From positions 10,069 through 74,068 of the forward strand of contig CAIJPD010000022.1 of NCBI GenBank assembly GCA_903822495.1: a DNA stretch of 64,000 nucleotides, in the 5' to 3' direction. The stretch comes from an uncultured Chloroflexota bacterium (GTDB lineage: Bacteria; Chloroflexota; Limnocylindria; Limnocylindrales; CSP1-4). How positions within the stretch are numbered: the stretch's first letter is position 1; every line of letters begins with the position of its first letter. Shown piece after piece: positions 21,519-31,109 of this stretch. Below the pieces are notes generated by a model. The model was given only the letters and a program-made list of their open reading frames with translations. It did not search any database and was not told where the DNA came from. The translations under genes and the position numbers were made by a program.

Positions 21519-23087
21519 ATGGCCGAGGCAGGCGGGTCCAATTCGGGCGGGACGGCGGGTTCGGGCGGCAGCCCCACCTTCGACGTCGTCATCGTGGGCG
21601 GCGGCACCGCCGGCTGCGTCGCGGCCACCCGGCTGACGGAGGACCCCAACCGGCGCGTGCTGCTGCTGGAGGCCGGCCCGGACCCGTGGCCGCTCCCCGA
21701 GATCGTCGGCGACGCCAAGATGCAGAACCGGCTCCTGATGGAGTCCGACTACCTCACGGTGATCCCCACCCGGCGCCACGCCGACGGGAGCGACTACTAC
21801 TCCCTGGCCGGCCGGATCATGGGCGGCGGGTCGTCGGTCAACGTCATGTCGGTCATCCGGCCGCAGCGCGCGGACCTGGACGGCTGGGCGGCCCGCGGTA
21901 ACCCCGACTGGACGTACGAGCGCTGCCTGCCCTTCATGCGAGCGATCGAATCGGACCAGGAGTTCACCGATCCCGCGCTCCACGGCACCACCGGGCCGCT
22001 CTTCGTGCGGCGCGGCTTCAGCCTGGACGACCCCATGTCGCCGCCGGTCCAGGCGTTCCTTGACGCCGCCTACGCGCTGGGCCTGCCGCGCTGCCCGGAC
22101 CTGAGCGTCGCGGATCCGTACGGCGTGGCCGTCTCGCCCTACAACATCCGCGACGGGCGCCGGCAGTCCGCCACGGTGGCGTACCTGGCGCTCGCGCGCG
22201 AGCGGCCGAACCTGACCATCGTGGACCGGGCCTCGGCGCGGGGCCTGCGCTTCGACGCGACCGGCCGGCGGCTCACCGGCGTGGAGTACGAGCGCGACGG
22301 CGCGCTGCACACGGCGAGCGGCGACCAGGTGGTGCTGGCGGCCGGGGTGTACGGCACGGCCAAGCTGCTGATGCTGTCCGGGGTGGGCGATCCCGCGGAG
22401 CTGGGCCGCCACGGCATCGCGGTCGGCCACGAGCTGCCCGGCGTGGGCCGCAACTACCAGGACCACGCCGTGGTGTACGCCACGTTCGAGGGGAAGCAGT
22501 CGTTCGACACCACCTGGGTGGTCCCCCGCTTCCGCCTGATCACCCGGCACCACGCCTTGACGGACGCACCGAACTTCCACATCAACATGCGGGCGCCCAC
22601 CAAGGTGGTGGGGCTCAAGCCGCTGCTGCCCGTCTCGGCGCACCTGCTGGAGCAGCGCGGCGAGGGTCGGGTGCGGCTCTCCTCGGCGGACCCCGGGGAA
22701 CCGGTGGAGATCGATTCGGGGATGCTGGAGCACCCGGACGACGTGCGCGCCATGGTGGAGGCGCTCCGCTTCGTGGACGAGCTGGTCCACCGGCCGGGGC
22801 TGACCGACGAGTGGTACGGGCCGCTGGTCACGCCCGAGGCGGACGAAGATTGGGCGGACTTCGCCCGCCGGACGTACGACAGCTACCACCACGGGGTGGG
22901 CACGTGCCGGATGGGGCCGGCCTCGGACCCGCTGACGGTGGTGGACCAGGGGCTGCGGGTCCACGGGCTGGACAACCTGTGGATCGGCGACGCGTCGATC
23001 ATGCCGTCGGTCACGCGGGCGAATACGAACTTCACGGCACTGCTGATCGGCGAGCGGCTGGCGGACTTTTTGGTGCAAATGGGCTGA
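21519..23087 (+). CDS. GMC-family FAD oxidoreductase (choline dehydrogenase-like)
   Basis: It has the FAD fold FDVVIVGGGTAGCVAATRL and the C-terminal GMC block HGVGTCRMG..VVD..LRVHGL.NLWIGDASIMP. The ATG follows GGAGGA. Confidence 0.85.
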   Translation: MAEAGGSNSGGTAGSGGSPTFDVVIVGGGTAGCVAATRLTEDPNRRVLLLEAGPDPWPLPEIVGDAKMQNRLLMESDYLTVIPTRRHADGSDYYSLAGRIMGGGSSVNVMSVIRPQRADLDGWAARGNPDWTYERCLPFMRAIESDQEFTDPALHGTTGPLFVRRGFSLDDPMSPPVQAFLDAAYALGLPRCPDLSVADPYGVAVSPYNIRDGRRQSATVAYLALARERPNLTIVDRASARGLRFDATGRRLTGVEYERDGALHTASGDQVVLAAGVYGTAKLLMLSGVGDPAELGRHGIAVGHELPGVGRNYQDHAVVYATFEGKQSFDTTWVVPRFRLITRHHALTDAPNFHINMRAPTKVVGLKPLLPVSAHLLEQRGEGRVRLSSADPGEPVEIDSGMLEHPDDVRAMVEALRFVDELVHRPGLTDEWYGPLVTPEADEDWADFARRTYDSYHHGVGTCRMGPASDPLTVVDQGLRVHGLDNLWIGDASIMPSVTRANTNFTALLIGERLADFLVQMG

Positions 23088-23129
23088 CGAGGCCTGGCGC
23101 CGCGGCCCGGCTCCCCTCGCGCCCCGCCC

Positions 23130-24209
23130 CTACTTCAGGTCCGCCTCCACCAGGAGCAGCTCCCCGCGGAAGGCACCCAGCGGGTGGTAGTAGGTGATCG
23201 CGATGGTGCGGCCCCCGTTCGATGCCAGCTCGGGGTGCTGGATCGCCGCGTAGTCGAACGAGCCGCTGGGCGCCGGGGCGCCTTCGAAGGCCACGGCGGT
23301 CCGGGACCAGGGCCCTTCGGGTCGATCCGCCGTCCGGAGCACCGCCCGGCCGCTCAGCGCCTCGCTGTGGACGGCCAGGTACCGGCCAAGGAACGGGTTG
23401 AACGCGACCGAGACGGCCCCGGGGATGCCCGACAGGACCTCGGTGGCCGCGCCGGGATCGGTCCCCCATTGGCTCCCCGTCCAGAAGCGCCAGGCGGCGC
23501 GATCCGTCGCCGAGGCGAGGGGCGCGCGGCCCACGCGGTAGTCGCCGGATCCGATCGGCGCTCCGTAGGCCACGACGTTGTCGCCGTCCACGAACGCGTA
23601 GCCGAGGAGCGGGTCCGCGCCCTGGAAGAGCAGCCCCGGCTCGCGGCGCGCCACCGTGGGCCCGGCGGCGATCCGTGCGACACCGATCCCCACGTAGTCA
23701 TAGGTGAGCGGCCCGCGCACCCGCAGCTTCAGGTAGAAGACCAGGCCACCGCCGGCCCCGTCCGCAACGACCGAGGTGGGCCAGAGCGCGACCCTGGGAC
23801 CGCCCGCCGCGTTGGCGGCCTGCTCCTCGGCGTCGAACGGCAACAGCGCTCCGGGCACGCCCTTCGTGTCGAGGGGCTCGCTGACGACGAGGGGCTTGGC
23901 GGGATCGGCCAGCGCGGCCGTGTTCGAACGGCCGCTGCTCCCGTCCACGCCCTTGGCCGTGGACAGGGTGTCGCCGAAGGTCCACAGGACCCGGCCGCCG
24001 ATGAGCGCCGACGCGCCGCCATCACGCGCCGTGACGGTGGCCGGGGAGCCGATCGGGCCGAGGACGCGGGTGCCGGTGACCTCGACTCGCGGCGCGTTCA
24101 CCGCTTGCCAGCCAGCCCAGGCCACGGTCGCCACGACGACCAGCGCGAGCGGAACGAGGCCCAGCCGCCCACGACGCCCCAACCTTCGCGGTCCCTCCCC
24201 CGTCAGCAT
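23130..24209 (-). CDS. Membrane-anchored/secreted protein, DUF4185-like (putative beta-propeller glycosidase-like fold)
   Basis: An N-terminal TM anchor is followed by a pattern (VLWTFGDT, ..WRFWTG..W) that I recall from DUF4185. The family assignment is from memory only. Confidence 0.55.
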   Translation of the reverse strand: MLTGEGPRRLGRRGRLGLVPLALVVVATVAWAGWQAVNAPRVEVTGTRVLGPIGSPATVTARDGGASALIGGRVLWTFGDTLSTAKGVDGSSGRSNTAALADPAKPLVVSEPLDTKGVPGALLPFDAEEQAANAAGGPRVALWPTSVVADGAGGGLVFYLKLRVRGPLTYDYVGIGVARIAAGPTVARREPGLLFQGADPLLGYAFVDGDNVVAYGAPIGSGDYRVGRAPLASATDRAAWRFWTGSQWGTDPGAATEVLSGIPGAVSVAFNPFLGRYLAVHSEALSGRAVLRTADRPEGPWSRTAVAFEGAPAPSGSFDYAAIQHPELASNGGRTIAITYYHPLGAFRGELLLVEADLK

Positions 24210-24279
24210 GCCCCGAGGATAGCGAGGCGCGTCCCGAGCGCAACCGGCACCGAGGGATCGGCGCCGCGCAGGGGGTCGT

Positions 24280-24308
24280 TTGACAGCCCGCGCGTACCCC
24301 GGGACACT
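24280..24308 (+). promoter_or_regulatory. Candidate sigma70-type promoter of sodN (TTGACA-17 nt-GACACT)
   Basis: A perfect -35 hexamer at 24280-24285 is followed by a 17-nt spacer and an xAxxxT -10 at 24303-24308. GAGGAG lies 6 nt before the ATG. Confidence 0.35.
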
Positions 24309-24355
24309 CTCCTGACCGAACCCACAGCAGCCAACCGCGTCCCGAGGAGCGAACC

Positions 24356-24775
24356 ATGTCGCGTCTGACCAGCCTCCTGGCCCCCAAGACCGTCGCCCGC
24401 GCCCACTGCGACGTCCCGTGCGGCATCTACGACCCGGCCCAGGCCGTCCTCGCCGCGCGCACCGTCGCGCGCATGGTCGAGCTCATCGGCCAGCTGGACC
24501 CGGCCTCCACCTCGGTCGAGGACCGCGCCAAGTTCGTCCGCTGCGTCAACGTCAAGGAGCAGCACGCCGAGCTGGTCAAGCACGAGGTCCAGGTCATCTG
24601 GTCGGACTACTTCAAGCCGGTCCATCTCGAGGCCACCCCGGACCTCCACACCAAGGTCTGGAACCTCCTGAAGCTCGCGGGCGAGAACAAGCAGCACGTG
24701 GACGCGGCCCTGGCGGCCCGCCTCGAGGCCGCGGTCAAGGAGTTCGCCGACATCTTCTGGGCGACCAAGAAGTAG
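24356..24775 (+). CDS. sodN: Nickel superoxide dismutase precursor
   Basis: The pro-peptide is followed by the Ni-hook HCDVPCGIYDP. The length of 139 aa is typical. Confidence 0.95.
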   Translation: MSRLTSLLAPKTVARAHCDVPCGIYDPAQAVLAARTVARMVELIGQLDPASTSVEDRAKFVRCVNVKEQHAELVKHEVQVIWSDYFKPVHLEATPDLHTKVWNLLKLAGENKQHVDAALAARLEAAVKEFADIFWATKK

Positions 24776-24825
24776 TCGAAGCCTCCGGGGCCGAAGGTCG
24801 TCCGACCTTCCCCTCCTTCGAACCC

Positions 24826-25377
24826 ATGACGACGCCGGGGCAGGATCCGTCCACCCCGGCGTCGCCGATTCCCGGGGGCGGGGCCGGGGTCGGCGCCGAA
24901 GCCGAACCCGACGCGCCCGGCCCGGCCGTGAACCTGGCCCCCGACGTCCATCGACCGCCGCTCGCCGAGTCCATCCGCGGCCCGTGGCGAATCGTCGTCG
25001 AGGAGGCCTCCATGCTGCCCGCGATCCATCCGGGCGATTGGCTGCTGGTCGATCCCACCGTCACCCGCTGGCCGCGCCGCGGCTCCATCGTGGTCTTCCG
25101 CGAGCCAGAGACCGGCACGCTCTCGATCAAGCGCGTGGCCGGCCGGCCCGGCGACTGGATGCCGTTCGAGGAGGGCTACCTCCACCTGGAGGACGACGAG
25201 GCCTGGCTCCTCTCGGACGCGGACGAGGCGACCTGCCAGGCGGCCGGCTTCGGACCGCCGATCGACTCGCGCCGCTACGGTCCCGTGCTGCTGGAGCACC
25301 TGGTGGGCCGCGCCTGGTTCCGCTACGGTCCGGCGGAGCGGTTCGGCCTGTTGCCCGGACGTCCGCGGGTTCGCTGA
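24826..25377 (+). CDS. sodX: Ni-SOD maturation protease (S26 signal-peptidase family)
   Basis: The Ser/Lys dyad context is present (SMLPAIHPGDWLLV.., SIKRVAGRPGD). It lies immediately downstream of sodN. Confidence 0.85.
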   Translation: MTTPGQDPSTPASPIPGGGAGVGAEAEPDAPGPAVNLAPDVHRPPLAESIRGPWRIVVEEASMLPAIHPGDWLLVDPTVTRWPRRGSIVVFREPETGTLSIKRVAGRPGDWMPFEEGYLHLEDDEAWLLSDADEATCQAAGFGPPIDSRRYGPVLLEHLVGRAWFRYGPAERFGLLPGRPRVR

Positions 25378-25410
25378 GCGGCGTCAACACGACCCGGTTC
25401 ATCCCCGGGC

Positions 25411-25930
25411 AGCTCGACCCCAGTCCCGTTCGTTACCCCGGCCCGTTCCTACCCCGAGGTATGAAACGGCATGTTCCGGAGGCCGCAACCGACGGTTTGT
25501 GCCGAATCCGTCCTCGTGGGTATGAGATCGACCGATCCGCGGGTTCCACGAGGCCACCCAACCCACCAGGGACCGACCCGGAACCCGGACCTGCGCAGGT
25601 TCATACGCATGGGTATGAAGTCGCCGTCCTGGGCAGGTCCACTCGGGCGCCGGCGGCCGCCAGCACCGCCGCGACCAGCGCCAGCGAGCCCGGGGCCTCG
25701 ACCCAACCCGTTCGTTACCTCGACCCCGTTCTTACCCCAGGGTATGAGGCGGCACGTTCCCGAGGGCGCGGCCAGCGGTTTGGGCCTAATCCTTCCCCGA
25801 GGGTAGGAGATCGACCGAATCACGTGTTCCGCGAGGGCGCAAGTCCCACCGGGAGCCCTCCCGAGACCGGCAATCGTGCAGGTTCATACCCAGGGGTATG
25901 ACGTGGCCGTCCTGGGTGGAACCCGCGGGC
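25411..25930. repeat. Two diverged direct copies (~230 bp each, offset ~283 bp) of a hairpin-rich non-coding unit
   Basis: The units are about 25411-25645 and 25696-25930. They share the blocks CCCGTTCGTTACC, GATCGACCGA, GCAGGTTCATAC and GCCGTCCTGGG. Each unit carries three GGTA(T/G)GA inverted repeats. Confidence 0.8.
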
Positions 25931-25945
25931 CTGGCGCCACTCCCC

Positions 25946-26983
25946 CTACGCCGTCCCCAGCACCAGCGCGCCCAGGCCCAGCGCGAACAGGCTGAGCAGC
26001 GCCGCCGCCAGGAACCCCGCCTGGAGCGGCCGCCAGCCCACCGCGCGGAGCTGCGTCACGTCCGTGTTCAGGCCCACGCCTACCAGCGCCACCAGGATCA
26101 GCGCCTTCGACGCCTCCGAGAACGCCGATGACAACACCGCCGGGAAGACGTGGAGCGAGTTGAGTGCCGCCATGACGATGAACCCCACCACGAACATCGG
26201 CACCAGGCGCGCCCAGCGCCAGCGGCTGGCCGCCGCGACCTTGTCCGTGGCCCGCGCCATCCCGGAGCGCATGTACAGGATCCCGATGAGCACCACCAGC
26301 GGCCCCATCAGCGTGTTGCGCGTCAGCTTCACGATCGTGGCGATCTCGCCCGCGGCCTGCGAGTAGGCGAAGCCCGTGGCCGTCACCTGGCTGGTGTCGT
26401 TGACCGCCACCCCCGCCCAGTGGCCAAAGAAGCTGTCGCTGAACGACAGGGCGTGCCCGATCAGCGGGTAGAGCAGCACCGCCAGGGTCCCGAACAGCGT
26501 GATGGTCGCCACGGCGAACGAGACGTCGCGCTCCTCCGCCTCGATCACCGGCGCCGTCGCCGCGATCGCCGAGTTCCCGCAGACCGCCGTCCCCACCGCG
26601 ATCAGCATGGCCAGCCGCGGCGGCAGCCCCAGCAGGCGGCCCAGCAGCAGGACCAGGCCCAGCGCGAACGCCATGCAGGCCAGCACGACCAGCAGCGAGC
26701 CCAGACCCGTCGCCACCACGTCACCGAACGACAGCCGCGCCCCCAGCAGCACGATGCCGAGGCGCAGCGGGGTCCCCATCGCGAACTTGATCCCGGGCTT
26801 CACCCTGGCCGATGGCCGCGCCAGGTTGGCCACCACGAGACCCAGCGCAACGCCGACGGTGACCTCGCTGATGATCTTGGGCAGGATCAGCGTGGAGGCG
26901 CGCGCGACCACGGCCAACGCGATCACCAGGAGCAGGCCCGGCAGATTCTTCCGGACCACGGCCATGGACAGCCCGTTCAGCAC
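25946..26983 (-). CDS. YeiH/UPF0324-family membrane protein (putative sulfate exporter family)
   Basis: This is a polytopic protein of 345 aa. Its overall pattern resembles YeiH-family transporters. Confidence 0.75.
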   Translation of the reverse strand: MLNGLSMAVVRKNLPGLLLVIALAVVARASTLILPKIISEVTVGVALGLVVANLARPSARVKPGIKFAMGTPLRLGIVLLGARLSFGDVVATGLGSLLVVLACMAFALGLVLLLGRLLGLPPRLAMLIAVGTAVCGNSAIAATAPVIEAEERDVSFAVATITLFGTLAVLLYPLIGHALSFSDSFFGHWAGVAVNDTSQVTATGFAYSQAAGEIATIVKLTRNTLMGPLVVLIGILYMRSGMARATDKVAAASRWRWARLVPMFVVGFIVMAALNSLHVFPAVLSSAFSEASKALILVALVGVGLNTDVTQLRAVGWRPLQAGFLAAALLSLFALGLGALVLGTA

Positions 26984-27078
26984 GCCACCCTCCCCTACAG
27001 CACAGCGGACGGATCATACGGCCGCGGGCGGGCGCCAACGACGAGCCGGCGTCGAGGGCGGCCGGGCCAACGGCGGCC

Positions 27079-28059
27079 TCAGCCGGCCGCCACCAGCTCG
27101 CGGCCCAGCAGGTCGATGTGGTCGAGGTCGCGCGGGATGAAGTCCTGCAGGAAGAGCCGCTCCACCCCGGCGGCGGCCAGCCGGGCGACCATCGCCCGCG
27201 CCTCGTCGGGCGTGCCCAGGATCCAGCGGTGACGCCGCTGCTCAAACCAGGCCGCGCGTCCGTCCGCCACCCCAAGCTCGTCGAACAGCGCCTCCTGGCG
27301 CGCCTCCACGTCCGCGGCCGTCTCGCCGACCAGGGTGGACACCATCGCCGAGCGCGTCATCGTCCCGGGGTCACGCCCCGCGGCCCGGCACGCCGCCACC
27401 ACGTCGCGCAGCTTGCCGGCGATCTCGTCAGGGCCCGCGCTGGTCACGTTGAACTCGTCGGCCCAGCGCGCCGCCAGCCGCATCGAGCGTGCGCTGCCGC
27501 CCCCGCCCACGATGATCCGCGGCCGCGCCGTCCCGTCGGCGCCCAGCGGCCGGCCCTCCACCTGCACCGCCTTCGGCCGGAAGCGCGCCGATTCCACCCG
27601 GACCTGCGCCCCCTCGTGCGACCAGCCATCCGGCTCCGTCCAGAGCCCGTGGAGCACCGCCAGCTGGTCCTCCAGGAGGCTCGCCCGGTCCCCGATCGGC
27701 GGGAATGCCAGGCCCAGCGGCAGGTGATCGGCGGCATTCCAGCCGGCCCCCACGCCCACCTCGATCCGCCCGCCGCTCATGTGGTCCACCGTGGTGACCT
27801 GCTTGGCGAACGTCCCCGGGTGGCGAAACGTGACCGGCGAGACCAGCGTGCCCAGGCCGATCCGCTCCGTCTCGCGGGCCAGCCCCGCCAGGACCGTCCA
27901 GGCATCGGTCGTGGGCCGGTCTGCGGCGCCGGGGAAGCTGGCGAAATGGTCCGACCGGAAGAAGGCCTCGAAGCCCACCCGCTCCGCCCGCCGGGCGATC
28001 GCCAGCTGGTCCTCGTAGGAGAGACCCTGCTGGGCCTCGATCATCAGCGCATACCGCAC
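27079..28059 (-). CDS. LLM-class F420-dependent oxidoreductase
   Basis: It shows the luciferase-like pattern FEAFFRSDHF..LGTLVSPVTFRHP..GRIEVGVGAGW. A GTG at 28059 follows GAGGTG. Confidence 0.8.
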   Translation of the reverse strand: MRYALMIEAQQGLSYEDQLAIARRAERVGFEAFFRSDHFASFPGAADRPTTDAWTVLAGLARETERIGLGTLVSPVTFRHPGTFAKQVTTVDHMSGGRIEVGVGAGWNAADHLPLGLAFPPIGDRASLLEDQLAVLHGLWTEPDGWSHEGAQVRVESARFRPKAVQVEGRPLGADGTARPRIIVGGGGSARSMRLAARWADEFNVTSAGPDEIAGKLRDVVAACRAAGRDPGTMTRSAMVSTLVGETAADVEARQEALFDELGVADGRAAWFEQRRHRWILGTPDEARAMVARLAAAGVERLFLQDFIPRDLDHIDLLGRELVAAG

Positions 28060-28121
28060 GTCATCACCTCGCCGGGCCGCCCCGAATCCTTCCGAACGCA
28101 AGAATTGTCCAGATCGATAGA

Positions 28122-28144
28122 ATAGTTCGTCTGATGCGAACTAT
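28122..28144. promoter_or_regulatory. Candidate MarR operator: inverted repeat ATAGTTCG-n7-CGAACTAT spanning the marR start codon
   Basis: The arms are a perfect 8 bp, within an AT-rich patch (TAGAAT at 28118-28123). The position is typical of MarR autoregulation. Confidence 0.4.
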
Positions 28145-28700
28145 CGACCGTGGCTCCTCGCCCGACCTCATCGCGGCCATCCTGGCCGAGGTGAAAGGCA
28201 GCCTGCGTGAGCTCCGCTGCGGGACCACGGAGCGAATGATCCGCCTCGGCGTGAGCATGACGCAGATGCACGTCCTGTGGCTGCTGGAGCACCACGGCGA
28301 CGTGCCCATGAGCCGGCTCGCCGAGCTCCTGGACGTCTCGGTCTCCAACTCCACCGGCCTCATCGACCGGATGGAGGAGCACGGCCGGGTGGAGCGAGTC
28401 CGCGTCCCGGACGACCGCCGCCTGGTCCTGGTCCGCCTGGGGCCGGAGGGCATCCGGGTGCTGCGCGAGTTGGAGGACTCGCACCACGTCCGGCTGCAGC
28501 GAGCCCTGGCCCACCTGGATCCCGCGCGACTGTGCGGCGTCCTCGAGGCGTTCACGGACTTCCACTCGGCCATCGAAGCAGACCTTGGTCCGCATGCTCA
28601 CGTCCACGCCGCCCTCGCCGGCGGCAGCTCACCAATCGACACCATCGCCAGCGACGACCCGGCCGCGTCCCCAGCCGCGCCGGCTCCCGTCGTCCAGTAA
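28134..28700 (+). CDS. MarR-family transcriptional regulator
   Basis: The winged-helix block reads MTQMHVLWLLEHHGDVPMSRLAELLDVSVSNSTGLIDRMEEHGRVERVRVPDDRR. Confidence 0.85.
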   Translation: MRTIDRGSSPDLIAAILAEVKGSLRELRCGTTERMIRLGVSMTQMHVLWLLEHHGDVPMSRLAELLDVSVSNSTGLIDRMEEHGRVERVRVPDDRRLVLVRLGPEGIRVLRELEDSHHVRLQRALAHLDPARLCGVLEAFTDFHSAIEADLGPHAHVHAALAGGSSPIDTIASDDPAASPAAPAPVVQ

Positions 28701-28712
28701 CAGGAAGGAACC

Positions 28713-30542
28713 ATGGAATCACTCCCGGCTGAAGCCCCCGGCGGTCACGCGTCCCTCGCCGCGGCGGCCGTGCACCTGTCCCATCGCGAGAAGATGGAGA
28801 TCCTCTTCGCGGTCCTCCTTGGCCTCTTCCTGAGCTCGCTCGACCAGACCATCGTGGGCACGGCGCTGCCCCACATCGTGACGGAGCTCAAGGGCAACGA
28901 CTACTACACCTGGGTCGTCACGATCTACCTGCTCACCAGCACCATCACCATCCCGTTCTACGGCAAGCTGTCCGACCTGTACGGCCGGAAGCCCATGCTG
29001 CTGATCGGCATCTCGCTGTTCCTGGTCGGCTCGATGCTGGCCGGCCTCAGCCAGGAGATGTGGCAGCTCATCCTGTTCCGCGGCATCCAGGGCGTCGGCG
29101 CCGGCGCACTCTTCCCCATCGCCCTGGCGATCATCGGCGACCTGTTCTCCCCCGCCGAGCGCGGCAAGTACCAGGGCCTGTTCGGGGCGGTCTTCGGGAT
29201 CAGCTTCCTGGTGGGCCCGGCCCTCGGCGGCTTCCTGACGGACGCCGTGAGCTGGCACTGGGTCTTCTACGTGAACCTGCCCATCGGCCTGGTCAGCCTG
29301 TACGTCATCGCGCGGGTGCTGCCGAACATCCGTCGGCCGGAGATCACGCACCGCCTGGACTACCTGGGCGCGCTCGTCTTCACCGTCGGCATCGGCCTCC
29401 TGCTGGTGGGCCTGACCAACAAGTCCGGCGTGGATCCGCAGACGCGCGCCCAGAACGAGTGGACCACGCCCGCGGTCATCAACCTGATCGCCGCCGGACT
29501 GGCGCTCCTGGTCGTCTTCGTCTTCATCGAGTCGCGGGCCAAGGAGCCCATCGTCCCGCTGGGCCTCTGGCGGAACCGCACGTACACGCTGTCGGTGCTG
29601 TCCACCTTCCTGGTCAGCTTCGGCTTCTTCGGTGCCGTCATCTTCATCCCGCGCTGGTTCCAGGTGGTCCGCGAGATGGGCGCGACCGAATCCGGCTACC
29701 AGATGCTGCCGCTCCTGGGCGGCCTCATCTTCAGCTCCATCAGCACGGGGCAGCTGATCTCCCGGACCGGCCGCTACAAGGCGATCATCGTGGGCGGCAT
29801 CGCCGTGATGACCGTCGGCGTGTTCCTGCTCTCCGGTCTCCACGCAGACACCGACATCCGGGTCTTCTGGTTCTGGATGTTCGTCACCGGCCTGGGCATC
29901 GGGCCCACGATGTCGGCGTTCACCCTGATCGTGCAAAACGCGGTCCCGGTCCAGCAGCTGGGCGTCGCCACCAGCAACCTGACGTTCTTCCGCCAGATCG
30001 GCGGCTCCGTGGGCCTCGCGGTCCTGGGCACGCTCTTCGCGACCTCGCTGCGCGACCAGCTCCCGGGCCAGATCAGGCCGGTGCTGGACGAGATGACGGC
30101 CAGCGTGCCGCCCAGCTTCCAGCAGCAGTGGGCCGGGTTCCTGTCGAGCTTCGGCGGCTCGGGCACGCAGAGCCTGGACCTCAACGAGTTCACGGGCATC
30201 CACCAGAGCCTTGGCGGGGCGATCGCCAGCGGCGCCGCCAAGGCAGTCGAGGCCCAGCAGGCCGGGGCCGGGGCCGGCGTGACCCAGCTCTTCGCTCCAT
30301 ACAACGGCAAGCTGGATCACGCCTTCTTCGAGGCCTTCAGCCTGGGCATGGGGCAGGTGTTTGCGTTCGGCATCGCGACGACGGCCGGCGCCGTGATCCT
30401 GTCGCTGCTCATCCGCGAGATCCCGCTGCGCAAGACCATGGGTCACGCGCCCGCCGGCGCGCCTGCGCGTGCTGCCGCGGGAGCGCCGGGTGCGGCGCCG
30501 GATGGCGCGCCGTCCGGTGCTCCAGCCGGAACCGCGGGCTAG
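28713..30542 (+). CDS. MFS transporter, DHA2 (EmrB/QacA, 14-TM) type
   Basis: It carries SLDQTIVGTALP and YGKLSDLYGRKP motifs across 609 aa with many TM segments. It lies downstream of marR. Confidence 0.85.
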   Translation: MESLPAEAPGGHASLAAAAVHLSHREKMEILFAVLLGLFLSSLDQTIVGTALPHIVTELKGNDYYTWVVTIYLLTSTITIPFYGKLSDLYGRKPMLLIGISLFLVGSMLAGLSQEMWQLILFRGIQGVGAGALFPIALAIIGDLFSPAERGKYQGLFGAVFGISFLVGPALGGFLTDAVSWHWVFYVNLPIGLVSLYVIARVLPNIRRPEITHRLDYLGALVFTVGIGLLLVGLTNKSGVDPQTRAQNEWTTPAVINLIAAGLALLVVFVFIESRAKEPIVPLGLWRNRTYTLSVLSTFLVSFGFFGAVIFIPRWFQVVREMGATESGYQMLPLLGGLIFSSISTGQLISRTGRYKAIIVGGIAVMTVGVFLLSGLHADTDIRVFWFWMFVTGLGIGPTMSAFTLIVQNAVPVQQLGVATSNLTFFRQIGGSVGLAVLGTLFATSLRDQLPGQIRPVLDEMTASVPPSFQQQWAGFLSSFGGSGTQSLDLNEFTGIHQSLGGAIASGAAKAVEAQQAGAGAGVTQLFAPYNGKLDHAFFEAFSLGMGQVFAFGIATTAGAVILSLLIREIPLRKTMGHAPAGAPARAAAGAPGAAPDGAPSGAPAGTAG

Positions 30543-30546
30543 TGGC

Positions 30547-31041
30547 ATGAGCGGCCGGGACCCGCACGTCGCCGCCGCTCCCTTCCCCGCCCGCCTGGTG
30601 GCCCCCGGGGCGTCGGCGGCCGCCTTTCGGGCCGCGCTCCCGGTGGCGGACCTCCCGCTTGGGGGCCTCCGGCGCGTCTCGTTCGACGACCTCGACGTCC
30701 TGCTCGCCCACACGACGGGCGGGCTCGTCGCGGTCGAGGATCGCTGCCCCCACATGGCCGTCCCGCTCTCGGTGGGTCGGCTGGAGGGCTGCATCGTCTA
30801 CTGCCCGCTCCACAACGGCGCCTTCGACCTGGCCAGCGGGGATCCGCACCAGATGCCCAGTGTTGGTGGCCTCAACCCGGACGGGTCCCCGTCGGCGCCC
30901 TGGTCGCCCAGCGGCGTGCCGGTGAAGGCCGACGTCCAGGGTCCCAAGTTCGAGGCCCGCCGCCTCACCCGGGTCCGTCGTTTCCGCTACTTCCCCGTCA
31001 GGGTGGTGGACGGCGCGATCGAGGTGGCGATCCCCGCCTGA
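30547..31041 (+). CDS. Rieske [2Fe-2S] domain protein
   Basis: It has the CPH..(n)..CPLH motif (DRCPHMAVPL...YCPLHNGAF). The ATG is 2 nt after the MFS stop. Confidence 0.75.
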   Translation: MSGRDPHVAAAPFPARLVAPGASAAAFRAALPVADLPLGGLRRVSFDDLDVLLAHTTGGLVAVEDRCPHMAVPLSVGRLEGCIVYCPLHNGAFDLASGDPHQMPSVGGLNPDGSPSAPWSPSGVPVKADVQGPKFEARRLTRVRRFRYFPVRVVDGAIEVAIPA

Positions 31042-31109
31042 GCGGCGGCCTCAGGACGACCGCGGTGGGCGCCGCACATGGCGGCAGCCGGGCAACCGGT
31101 CGTGGGGGC

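Noticed and set aside
25449-25823. ORFs 25449-25823(-) and 25471-25806(+) inside the sodX-yeiH gap.
   Set aside because: They overlap each other on opposite strands and lie entirely within the duplicated repeat unit. Their products are low-complexity and neither has a convincing SD. The region is better explained as non-coding repeat.
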